From contig CAIJVL010000004.1 of the NCBI GenBank assembly GCA_903824155.1, positions 1 through 38,377 of the forward strand: 38,377 bases of DNA, in the 5' to 3' direction. Position 1 is the first letter of the stretch. Each line of letters starts with the position of its first letter. The notes under the pieces are model-generated. The model was not told the origin of the DNA, did no database searches, and worked only from the letters and a program-made list of their open reading frames with translations. The position numbers were made by a program, and so were the translations under genes. Source of the DNA: Candidatus Adlerbacteria bacterium. Its GTDB lineage: Bacteria > Patescibacteriota > Minisyncoccia > Phycocordibacterales > SBAW01. Positions 8,979 to 16,178 of the stretch are shown in pieces.

Positions 8979-9437
8979 ATGAACACCGCGGTAATTCGCT
9001 CAAGTAATATAGTAATTAGCATCTTAGCTACAGGCCTTTTCTTGCTCGCTGTGGCACCCGCACCCGCACTCGCCGACACCACCAAAACCGCCAATTTTTC
9101 CCAAGGAGACCGCATAGTCTTAGTCACTAAGGTGAACGTGCGCGCAACACCCAATGGCACCATTGTCGGCAAACAAACCGCTGGAGCTTTTGGTACCCTT
9201 GTTGGGGGTCCGAGCAATGCCAATGGTTACACCTGGTGGAATATCAAGTACGATGCAGGAGCCAGCGGATGGACCGCCGAAGATTTCCTGCAAAAGCCGG
9301 TCGTTGCAGCTAGCGCCCCTAAAGCAACGGCACTTGGCGTGTTGCTTACGCAGCTTCAACATCAAGTGAACGCTCTTTCCACAGACATTACATCGATTAA
9401 AAAGGCGCTCACGGCGGCTGCGGCAGAGTCTCAATAA
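8979..9437 (+). CDS. Secreted SH3b-domain protein with a C-terminal coiled-coil-like tail
   Basis: It has an N-terminal signal/anchor (VISILATGLFLLAVAPAPALA). GDRIVLVTKVNVRATPNGTIVGKQTAGAFGTLVGGPSNANGYTWWNIKYDAGASGWTAEDFL is a typical bacterial SH3 pattern. Confidence 0.7.
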   Translation: MNTAVIRSSNIVISILATGLFLLAVAPAPALADTTKTANFSQGDRIVLVTKVNVRATPNGTIVGKQTAGAFGTLVGGPSNANGYTWWNIKYDAGASGWTAEDFLQKPVVAASAPKATALGVLLTQLQHQVNALSTDITSIKKALTAAAAESQ

Positions 9438-9479
9438 TACGTATACTCCGTAATTTTATAATTGCGATATAATTAGCGG

Positions 9480-10085
9480 GTGATTTTAGAGAATAAAATA
9501 GTTCTCCTTGCCGGACTTGTTTGCGTACTGGTCATCATTGCTGGAGGTTTTTATTGGTACAAAACGGCGGGGAATCAGGGCGCGGTTATTGTTCTATCGG
9601 CCAATGGCGGCTCTTTAGCCGCGATTGATGATGCAAGCACGACGGTGCCTTTGTCCGAGTCGACTCCGGTCACCACCGAATCTACCGCTGGCATGCGCCT
9701 GTATCAAAATGCCGCATTTCATTTTGGCCTTTTGTTCCCAGACAATTTAGTTGCTACCGAATACAAAGAGCAAGGAGGCGCGCTGACCGTATCTTTCCAG
9801 GACTCGAGCACGAGCGAAGGGTTTGAAGTATTTGTAACCCCATACGACAAGACGCAGATAGACCAGGCGCGCTTTACGCTCGACGAGCCGTCCGGGACAT
9901 TTCTCCAGCCGCAAAACGTGGTGGTAGGCGGCACGCCGGCCACGATGTTTTATGGCCGCAACGGCATCATGGGCGACACGCGCGAGGTCTGGTTTATCAG
10001 GGGAGGCTACCTGTACGAAGTTGCCACGTACAAGGCACTGGACACCTGGCTGGGCGGTATTATCCAAACCTGGAAGTTCATTTAG
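9480..10085 (+). CDS. Membrane-anchored hypothetical protein
   Basis: A single N-terminal TM (IVLLAGLVCVLVIIAGGFYWY) precedes a ~130-aa extracytoplasmic domain. The GTG start is preceded by TATAAT (9468-9473) at a 6-nt spacing. I recognise no family. Confidence 0.6.
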   Translation: MILENKIVLLAGLVCVLVIIAGGFYWYKTAGNQGAVIVLSANGGSLAAIDDASTTVPLSESTPVTTESTAGMRLYQNAAFHFGLLFPDNLVATEYKEQGGALTVSFQDSSTSEGFEVFVTPYDKTQIDQARFTLDEPSGTFLQPQNVVVGGTPATMFYGRNGIMGDTREVWFIRGGYLYEVATYKALDTWLGGIIQTWKFI

Positions 10086-10099
10086 GTTTGTATGACCCT

Positions 10100-10118
10100 G
10101 TGAATGGGCACCATTCAC
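10100..10118. repeat. REP-like hairpin copy 1 (GTGAATGG-GCA-CCATTCAC), inverted relative to copies 2-4
   Basis: Perfect 8-bp stem (9 bp counting the flanking T/A) with a 3-nt loop. The loop GCA is the complement of the TGC loop in the other copies. Confidence 0.8.
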
Positions 10119-10133
10119 ACCTCCTCTAAAATC

Positions 10134-10161
10134 TTGCAACGCCAGCCTTCTTTGGTACTCT
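10134..10161 (+). promoter_or_regulatory. Putative sigma70-type promoter for the RAYT gene: TTGCAA-N16-TGgTACTCT
   Basis: -35 TTGCAA at 10134-10139, 16-nt spacer, extended -10 TGg + TACTCT at 10153-10161. The predicted TSS falls inside REP copy 2, so the hairpin would sit in the 5' leader. Confidence 0.4.
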
Positions 10162-10163
10162 CT

Positions 10164-10182
10164 GTGAATGGTGCCCATTCAC
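10164..10182. repeat. REP-like hairpin copy 2 (GTGAATGG-TGC-CCATTCAC)
   Basis: Perfect palindromic stem, ending 4 nt before the RAYT ATG (10187). Confidence 0.8.
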
Positions 10183-10186
10183 ACTG

Positions 10187-10834
10187 ATGAATAACAGAGA
10201 CTATAAACCCTTTGCGCCGGGGGAGTATTACCATGTGTATAATCGCGGCAATAATAAGGCTGCTATTTTTCGCGATGCTGAAGATTACAAGCTTTTTCTT
10301 CGCAGACTTTCGGAAGCACTATATCCTGACCGAACTTTAGAACGTGTGAATGGTGCCCATTTACAGCGGAATCAGCGCAAGCCTTTGCCAGCGAATACCT
10401 TTTCTTTGGTGGCTTACTGTCTCATGCCAAATCATTTTCATTTTTTACTCCGGCAAAATACCGACTTGGCCGTGAGCGTGCTTGTTTCAAAGGTGTGCGG
10501 CAGTTACTCAAAACTTTTTAACAAGAAATACAAAAGAGTAGGCTCGCTCTTTCAGGACCAGTTTAAAGCTGTTCATGTTGATGACGACACTTACTTAAAA
10601 TGGCTTTCCACGTATATCCATCAAAATCCGACAGCCGCCCGGTTGGCTAAACGGCCGGAGGACTATCCGTATAGCAGTTATAAAGAATATGTGAGCGCGG
10701 CAGGAGAGAATCTTTGCGATAAAACTATAGTGCTCGGGCAGTTCAAACACCTTGCTGACTATAAGCAGTTTGTGTCGGATGGTTTAGAGCAAATACAAAC
10801 TAGGCAAGACCTAAAAACACTTCTTATTGATTAA
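10187..10834 (+). CDS. rayT: REP-associated tyrosine transposase (RAYT; IS200/IS605-like Y1 HUH transposase family)
   Basis: YHVYNRGNNKAAIF N-terminal motif, HUH motif in CLMPNHFHFLL, and catalytic Tyr motif YIHQNP. Flanked by REP-like hairpins. Sampled lines are ~42-50% GC versus ~53-58% in the neighbours. Confidence 0.8.
   Translation: MNNRDYKPFAPGEYYHVYNRGNNKAAIFRDAEDYKLFLRRLSEALYPDRTLERVNGAHLQRNQRKPLPANTFSLVAYCLMPNHFHFLLRQNTDLAVSVLVSKVCGSYSKLFNKKYKRVGSLFQDQFKAVHVDDDTYLKWLSTYIHQNPTAARLAKRPEDYPYSSYKEYVSAAGENLCDKTIVLGQFKHLADYKQFVSDGLEQIQTRQDLKTLLID
10346..10364. repeat. Degenerate REP-like copy 3 inside the RAYT CDS (GTGAATGGTGCCCATTTAC)
   Basis: It matches copies 2 and 4 at 18 of 19 nt (one stem mismatch) and is read in frame as V54-N-G-A-H-L59 of the RAYT. 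Confidence 0.7.
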
Positions 10835-10842
10835 AATAAAGC

Positions 10843-10861
10843 GTGAATGGTGCCCATTCAC
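10843..10861. repeat. REP-like hairpin copy 4 (GTGAATGG-TGC-CCATTCAC)
   Basis: Identical to copy 2. It starts 9 nt after the RAYT stop and lies 70 nt upstream of the gap start. Confidence 0.8.
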
Positions 10862-10930
10862 ATGCCCTTTTTAGATATTATCCTATCTTCCTCCCTTTAT
10901 ACTAACCACTTTATACTTTATACTAACCCT

Positions 10931-11950
10931 ATGGCACTTAAAGTAGCAATCAACGGCTTTGGCCGGATAGGGAGGTGTTTTGCGCGTGCGGCCGAGGGCG
11001 ACAGCGAGATAGAAATTGTAGCTATTAATGATTTGGGAAACTTAGAAAATCTTGCGTACCTTTTAAAATATGACAGCGTGTACCGCACTGCAAAGTTCGA
11101 AGTTTCGGGGCAGGATGGCATTTTGACGATAGGAAAAAATAAGGCAAAGTTTTTGCAGGAAAAGGATCCGGCCAATTTGCCGTGGAAGGACCTAAACGTC
11201 GACATTGTCGTCGAGTCGACCGGCCTCTTTACTGATTTTGCAAAAGCAAAAGTGCATCTGGACGCGGGCGCAAAGCGCGTCGTCATTTCGGCGCCGGCCA
11301 AGTCGAGCGATGTTGGTGTCTCGGGCGTGACGGTGCTGATGGGCGTTAACGAAGGCAAGCTTTCTGAGTCGGCCCTTTCATCAAACGCGTCATGCACAAC
11401 CAATGCAGCGAGCCCGCTTATTGCGATACTCGACGCGGCACTAGGGATAGAAAAGGCCGTGCTTAGTACGGTGCACGGCTACACCGCCAGCCAAAGCTTG
11501 GTGGACGGCCCTTCCAAAAAAGACGTCAAAGAGGGCCGCGGCGCGGCGCAAAATATCGTGCCCACTTCGACCGGCGCTGCTATTGCGGTAACGCAAGCAT
11601 ATACACAATTGGAGGGGAAGTTTGACGGCATAAGCCTCCGCGTGCCGGTACCGGCGGGCTCTATTGCCGACGTTACCTTTATTGCAAAGCGCAATACTAC
11701 CGTCGAGGAGGTAAATAAAATATTAAGTGATGCCGCGTCAGCCCCGGGCTGGCAAGGTATCTTTAGCGTCACCAATGAGCCGCTCGTATCGAGCGATATC
11801 ATAGGCTCGGAGTTTGGCTCTATCGCCGACTTGGGGCTTACGCGCGTCATCGACGGAAACTTGGTCAAAGTAATGGCGTGGTACGATAATGAAATGGGTT
11901 ACACGCACACGCTGGTGCGCCACGTTAAAGAAGCGGGCAAGCATATCTAA
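10931..11950 (+). CDS. gap: Type I glyceraldehyde-3-phosphate dehydrogenase
   Basis: MALKVAINGFGRIGR Rossmann N-terminus, catalytic SNASCTTN, and WYDNEMGY near the C-terminus. The start is moved from the track's 10847 (inside the REP hairpin) to ATG 10931, which is preceded by TATACT-N6. Confidence 0.93.
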   Translation: MALKVAINGFGRIGRCFARAAEGDSEIEIVAINDLGNLENLAYLLKYDSVYRTAKFEVSGQDGILTIGKNKAKFLQEKDPANLPWKDLNVDIVVESTGLFTDFAKAKVHLDAGAKRVVISAPAKSSDVGVSGVTVLMGVNEGKLSESALSSNASCTTNAASPLIAILDAALGIEKAVLSTVHGYTASQSLVDGPSKKDVKEGRGAAQNIVPTSTGAAIAVTQAYTQLEGKFDGISLRVPVPAGSIADVTFIAKRNTTVEEVNKILSDAASAPGWQGIFSVTNEPLVSSDIIGSEFGSIADLGLTRVIDGNLVKVMAWYDNEMGYTHTLVRHVKEAGKHI

Positions 11951-11957
11951 TCTAAAA

Positions 11958-12398
11958 ATGAAAAAGGTATTTTTAGCTTCGGACCACGCGGGATATGAGT
12001 TAAAAGAAGCACTTGGGCCATTTCTCGCCGAGCGCGGCTACCAGGTCGAGGATTTAGGCCCATCAAGTTTTGACCCGGCTGACGATTATCCGGACACTAT
12101 AGGCCCACTAGCGCGCGCTATTGCTGATGACAAAACAGCTGCGGGTATCGCCATAGGTGGAAGCGGCCAAGGCGAGGCTATGGTGTGCAACCGCACCAGC
12201 GGCGTGCGCGCAGCCGTGTACTACGGCGGCAACAAAGACATAGTAAAGCTCTCGCGCGAGCATAACGACGCCAATGTGCTTAGCATCGGCGCGCGGTTTA
12301 TAAGCCAAGAAGAGGCTAAAGAGGCGGTGCTGCTTTGGCTCGAAACTCCTTTTTCCGGTGAAGAGCGTCATGTTCGCCGAATAGCAAAATTACACTAA
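11958..12398 (+). CDS. rpiB: Ribose-5-phosphate isomerase B (RpiB/LacA/LacB family)
   Basis: MKKVFLASDHAGYELKE..., GIAIGGSGQGEAMVCNR, REHNDANVLSIGARF. The start is moved to ATG 11958; the track's upstream extension overlaps the end of gap. Confidence 0.9.
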   Translation: MKKVFLASDHAGYELKEALGPFLAERGYQVEDLGPSSFDPADDYPDTIGPLARAIADDKTAAGIAIGGSGQGEAMVCNRTSGVRAAVYYGGNKDIVKLSREHNDANVLSIGARFISQEEAKEAVLLWLETPFSGEERHVRRIAKLH

Positions 12399-12399
12399 T

Positions 12400-13140
12400 A
12401 TGTTTGACCCGTACGCACACAGTAACGCTCCTAAAAAAATAGAGATAGTGCCTGCGGTGCTGCCCAAAAATTTTAAGGACCTTGGAAACCATGTCGACAA
12501 AATTGTAGGCAAAGCCAAGCGCGTGCAGGTCGATATTGTCGACGGCGTGTATGCGCACGGCACGTTCCTCCACAAAGCCACTTGGCCGTACCACGACAAA
12601 GAAACTTTTGACAAAGTGGTCAGCGAAGAGCACGGCCTGCCGCATTGGGACGAGATTAATTATGAGTTTGACCTGATGATCAATGATCCGCTCCTGCGTG
12701 TCATGGACTACGTACGGGCGGGCGCCTCGCATATTATCGTACACGCTCGCAGCCCGGAAGCCGTCAAGGCAGTGCAGCATCTGGTCGATTTGCGCGAGGA
12801 TAGCGGTGCATTGTCGGTGCAGGTTGGCGTAGCGCTCATGTGCGACGCTCAGCCCGATGAGCTCGAGCAGTTTGAAGCGCAATACGACTACGTGCAGGTG
12901 ATGGGCATCGCGACCATAGGCCGCCAAGGAGAGCTGTTTGATGAGCGCTCGGTGCACCTTTTAGAGCGCTTGCATGCCCGCTACCCGGATCTTACTTTGC
13001 AAATAGACGGCGGCGTCAATGCCGAAAGAATCCCTGCTTTGGTAAAAGCCGGCGCGCAGTTTCTGGTTGCAGGCTCGGCCGTCTTTAGACAAGACGACCC
13101 TGGAGCGGCGATTAAAGAGCTTGAGGCTATTGCAAACTAA
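12400..13140 (+). CDS. rpe: Ribulose-phosphate 3-epimerase-like protein (divergent, with an insertion)
   Basis: IVPAVL..., VQVDIVDG, FDLMINDP, IDGGVN and VAGSAVF parallel the Rpe motifs iaPSiL, HvDvMDG, HLMv, DGG and GSavF. An extra ~30-aa segment follows the first motif. Confidence 0.6.
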   Translation: MFDPYAHSNAPKKIEIVPAVLPKNFKDLGNHVDKIVGKAKRVQVDIVDGVYAHGTFLHKATWPYHDKETFDKVVSEEHGLPHWDEINYEFDLMINDPLLRVMDYVRAGASHIIVHARSPEAVKAVQHLVDLREDSGALSVQVGVALMCDAQPDELEQFEAQYDYVQVMGIATIGRQGELFDERSVHLLERLHARYPDLTLQIDGGVNAERIPALVKAGAQFLVAGSAVFRQDDPGAAIKELEAIAN

Positions 13141-13151
13141 CCCTACTATAT

Positions 13152-13727
13152 ATGTTCCGCGCAAAAGGATTTACTCTCATCGAATTGTTGGTAGTCATAG
13201 CCATCATTGGCATTTTGGCTTCGATTGTACTCGTGGCGCTCACCGGTGCGCGGACCAAGTCGAGGGATGGCGCGCGCGTTTCTGAATTGCTAGAAATGCA
13301 AAAAGCGCTTGAGCTGTATTATAGCGCCAATGGCCATTATCCGATTACCTCATGCACGTCGCCCGACACCAATTACACCAGCTTTGACAGCACGGTATAT
13401 TCTTCGCAAAAAACGTGCGCAACCGTTGGCGCGGCAGGAGTTAATACGTTGTCGGTGGAAATGGCCCCTTTTATAGCAGCGTTTAGCGACCCTAAAAACT
13501 TGGGGAGCGACGCCGGTTTTCTGTATATTTCTTCCGACGGGCAGAAATATTGTTTTATGTCGTATAAAAATCCCGAAAATCTTACCGACTACACTCCCAA
13601 TTTTATCAACCCTACGCGCTGCGGATCGGGTAACACAACGGCGCAATGCTCTTCGGCCGGTACCGGCGGGGGGCCTGTCAATTCGGTGTATATAGGCACC
13701 GGCTCGTACGCCGGGGTAGGTTGTTAG
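13152..13727 (+). CDS. Type IV pilin / T2SS pseudopilin-like protein with a prepilin N-terminal methylation motif
   Basis: MFRAKGFTLIELLVVIAIIGILASIVLVAL is a class III signal peptide with G-1, F+1 and E+5. Confidence 0.85.
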   Translation: MFRAKGFTLIELLVVIAIIGILASIVLVALTGARTKSRDGARVSELLEMQKALELYYSANGHYPITSCTSPDTNYTSFDSTVYSSQKTCATVGAAGVNTLSVEMAPFIAAFSDPKNLGSDAGFLYISSDGQKYCFMSYKNPENLTDYTPNFINPTRCGSGNTTAQCSSAGTGGGPVNSVYIGTGSYAGVGC

Positions 13728-13744
13728 CATGCTAGCATATAGAT

Positions 13745-14599
13745 ATGCTCACGGACGAAAATCTCAAAAATCTTGAATTAAAGGCCGAGGCAATCCGCGA
13801 GACTATCATCGAGATGCTCGTGGCGGCGGGTAGCGGCCACACTGCGGGCCCCATGGGCATGGCCGATATTTTTGCCGCGCTGTATTTTGATATTTTAAAT
13901 CACGATCCTAAGAACCCCGAGTGGGAAGAGCGGGACCGTTTGATACTTAGTAATGGGCACATTGTGCCGGTGCGCTACGCGGCCATGGCGCATGCCGGGT
14001 ACTTTCCGGTGGAAGAATGTCTAACGCTGCGCAAATTTGGCAGCCGCCTCCAGGGACATCCCGAGCGCGAGCGCCTGCCCGGCTTGGAAACAACATCGGG
14101 GCCGCTTGGTTCGGGTTTGGGGCAGGCAGCGGGCATTGCATACGGCGCACGCATGGATGGAAAAAAGTTCCATGTATACTGCGCTATGAGCGACGGCGAG
14201 CACGACGCCGGCAACATTTGGGAGTCGGCCATGTTTATAGGCGCCAACAAACTCTCGAATCTCACGGGCATTATTGACCGCAACAATATACAGATAAACG
14301 GCCTGACCGAAGACGTAATGCCTTTGGAAAGTCTAAGAAACAAGTACGAGGCCTTTGGCTGGCACGTCTTGGAGTGCGACGGCAACAACATCGCCGCGTT
14401 TGTCGACATGGTGGGCGAAGCAAAAGCGATTACCGAGCGGCCTACCGTGATAATCGCGCACACGGTGCCAGGCAAAGGCATTAAAGAAATCGAGTACGAC
14501 TACCACTGGCACGGCACACCGCCCAATGCTGAACAGGCCAAAAAATGGCTGCAAGAACTGCGCACCCTAAAAGGTAAAATCCAAAGCGAACATGAGTAG
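13745..14599 (+). CDS. tkt: Transketolase, N-terminal (thiamine-diphosphate-binding) subunit
   Basis: GSGHTAGPMGMADI, LSNGH, GSLGQGL-like GPLGSGLGQAAG and GDGEhdeG-like SDGEHDAGNIWE are the typical motifs of the split-transketolase N half. Confidence 0.9.
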   Translation: MLTDENLKNLELKAEAIRETIIEMLVAAGSGHTAGPMGMADIFAALYFDILNHDPKNPEWEERDRLILSNGHIVPVRYAAMAHAGYFPVEECLTLRKFGSRLQGHPERERLPGLETTSGPLGSGLGQAAGIAYGARMDGKKFHVYCAMSDGEHDAGNIWESAMFIGANKLSNLTGIIDRNNIQINGLTEDVMPLESLRNKYEAFGWHVLECDGNNIAAFVDMVGEAKAITERPTVIIAHTVPGKGIKEIEYDYHWHGTPPNAEQAKKWLQELRTLKGKIQSEHE

Positions 14600-14924
14600 G
14601 AATTTAAAAAAACTGTACGCCACGGTAAATACCTTTGCCCAGTCAGCAATCTGTTTTATTTTTGTATGTTTGGCCTATTATTTGGATTTGTATGCAGCAC
14701 TTTGGCAAAGCGCGTGGCTAGTCTGGCTTGCGTATATGCTCATGGCTTTGGCTGTGGTCATTTCTGTACTGAGCATTGTTGCCGGGTGGATGTGGGCGTT
14801 GCAACGTAAATCCCAACCACGCCTGTGGCGCGTACTCCTGTGGCTCCCATGGGTTATCTTTGTAGTATTCGTAGTCGCATTGCTGGGGTTACTTGTTCTC
14901 ATTTTGCTTAAAAATGGCCTATGA
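14592..14924 (+). CDS. Small W-rich integral membrane protein (3 predicted TM segments) nested between the transketolase halves
   Basis: Its ATG at 14592 overlaps the upstream stop (ATGAGTAG), and its TGA overlaps the downstream start (ATGA at 14921-14924). There are three long hydrophobic stretches. No family recognised. Confidence 0.55.
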   Translation: MSRNLKKLYATVNTFAQSAICFIFVCLAYYLDLYAALWQSAWLVWLAYMLMALAVVISVLSIVAGWMWALQRKSQPRLWRVLLWLPWVIFVVFVVALLGLLVLILLKNGL

Positions 14925-15925
14925 TAAATCCCAATGTAAAACTAAAAGAGAATATTTTTACCTCGCCGGACATGGCGGCTACGCGCGATGGGTTTGGCAC
15001 AGCTTTATTGGAGTTGGGAGAGACCAATCCAAACGTTGTGGTGCTATGCGCCGACTTGGCTGAAAGTACGCGCACTTTGCCTTTTAAAGAGAAGTATCCC
15101 GAGAGGTATATTGAGCTGGGTGTTGCCGAGCAAAATTTGGCTACCGTCGCATCGGGTTTGGCTAACTACGGCAAGATTCCTTTTATTACCTCATACGCAA
15201 CGTTTAGCCCCGGCCGCAACAACGAGCAGATTCGCACGACCATTAGCTTAAACAATGTGCCGGTCAAAATTGCCGGCGCACACGCAGGGCTTTCGGTCGG
15301 CCCCGATGGCGCGACGCATCAGGCTTTGGAGGACATTGCGCTTATGCGCGCGCAGCCCAACATGACGGTACTGTACCCGTGCGATAGCGAAGAGGCTCGC
15401 AAGGTAACGCTCGCGGCGGCGGCGCATGCCGGGCCGGTGTATATCCGCCTTGCGCGCGAAAAGACTCCGGTCATGACTACGGCTGAAACGCCGTTTGTGA
15501 TAGGGAAGTCAAACGTAGTGTGGGAGAGCGAGCACAAGCCGGAGGTGGTTATTTTTGCGACCGGCACGCTTTTGTATCAAGCACTTATGGCGGCAAAAGA
15601 ATTAGAATTTAAAATCCCAACTGTGGTGATAAATATTTCATCAATTAAACCGCTCGACAGGGAGACGATTTTAGCGGCGGTTAAAGACGCGGGCGCCGTA
15701 GTGACCGTTGAAGAGCATCAGATGGCCGGCGGCATGGGCAGTGCTATTGCAGAGCTTTTGGCGGCAGCGTATCCGGTGCCGCAGGAGTTTGTTGCCGTAC
15801 ACGACCGCTTTGGCCAGTCCGGCACGGCACCTGAGCTATATAAAGAATACGGTCTCGACACACCGCATATAGTAGAGGCAATAACCAAAGTAAAGGCAAG
15901 AAAAGAGGGAAGCAAGGGCGTATAA
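14921..15925 (+). CDS. tkt: Transketolase, C-terminal (pyrimidine-binding plus C-terminal domain) subunit
   Basis: ATRDGFG..., GVAEQN, GPDGATHQALEDIALMR and the PCD motif, followed by the C-terminal domain VVTVEEH. Confidence 0.9.
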   Translation: MINPNVKLKENIFTSPDMAATRDGFGTALLELGETNPNVVVLCADLAESTRTLPFKEKYPERYIELGVAEQNLATVASGLANYGKIPFITSYATFSPGRNNEQIRTTISLNNVPVKIAGAHAGLSVGPDGATHQALEDIALMRAQPNMTVLYPCDSEEARKVTLAAAAHAGPVYIRLAREKTPVMTTAETPFVIGKSNVVWESEHKPEVVIFATGTLLYQALMAAKELEFKIPTVVINISSIKPLDRETILAAVKDAGAVVTVEEHQMAGGMGSAIAELLAAAYPVPQEFVAVHDRFGQSGTAPELYKEYGLDTPHIVEAITKVKARKEGSKGV

Positions 15926-15934
15926 TCTACTCAT

Positions 15935-16114
15935 ATGCCAACCACAGGTGAAGCGATACTGCTCCGCTCAAACATTAATACCTACTTGGGCTTGGCTTTG
16001 ATCGCATCGTTTACTCTTGGTTGCGGGCTTATTTTGTGGCACGCCGCCTTTGGCAGCAACCCTATAGTCAACCTGTTGCTTTCCTCATCCGCGGCTCAGT
16101 ATAACAACTATTGA
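15935..16114 (+). CDS. Possible 59-aa single-TM protein (below the ORF-track cutoff)
   Basis: ATG 15935 to TGA 16112-16114 encodes MPTTGEAILLRSNINTYLGLALIASFTLGCGLILWHAAFGSNPIVNLLLSSSAAQYNNY. TATAAT (15921-15926) lies 8 nt upstream. There is no homology evidence. Confidence 0.3.
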   Translation: MPTTGEAILLRSNINTYLGLALIASFTLGCGLILWHAAFGSNPIVNLLLSSSAAQYNNY

Positions 16115-16138
16115 CATTTGTCAAATTTGCGGTACAAT
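16111..16138 (+). promoter_or_regulatory. Near-consensus sigma70 promoter TTGACA-N16-TACAAT with a 14-bp palindrome over the -35
   Basis: -35 TTGACA at 16111-16116 and -10 TACAAT at 16133-16138. The palindrome TTGACA-TT-TGTCAA (16111-16124) is an operator-like site. Confidence 0.55.
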
Positions 16139-16178
16139 TCTGTTGACAGTTATTTCAATCAAAAGGGAGACCGGACCA

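Noticed and set aside
10847-10930. The ORF-track N-terminal extension of gap (MVPIHMPFLDIILSSSLYTNHFILYTNP).
   Set aside because: It starts inside REP hairpin copy 4 and runs through the promoter-like TTTATACTAACC repeats. The canonical GAPDH N-terminus (MALKVAINGFGRIGR) begins at ATG 10931, with TATACT 6 nt upstream.

Similar extensions were trimmed for rpiB (11889), prfA (32291), the GT2 gene (37248), the thioredoxin-like gene (35990) and the 78-aa ORF (23954).
12316-12957. A 213-aa minus-strand ORF opposite rpe.
   Set aside because: It is fully antisense to a gene with recognisable Rpe motifs and operon context. It has no motifs of its own.
16143-16178. The TTG start at 16143 proposed by the ORF track, and a second TTGACA at 16143-16148 as an alternative -35.
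   Set aside because: The TTG lies at or just upstream of the predicted TSS (~16145) of the TTGACA-N16-TACAAT promoter. No acceptable -10 follows the second TTGACA at 16-18 nt.
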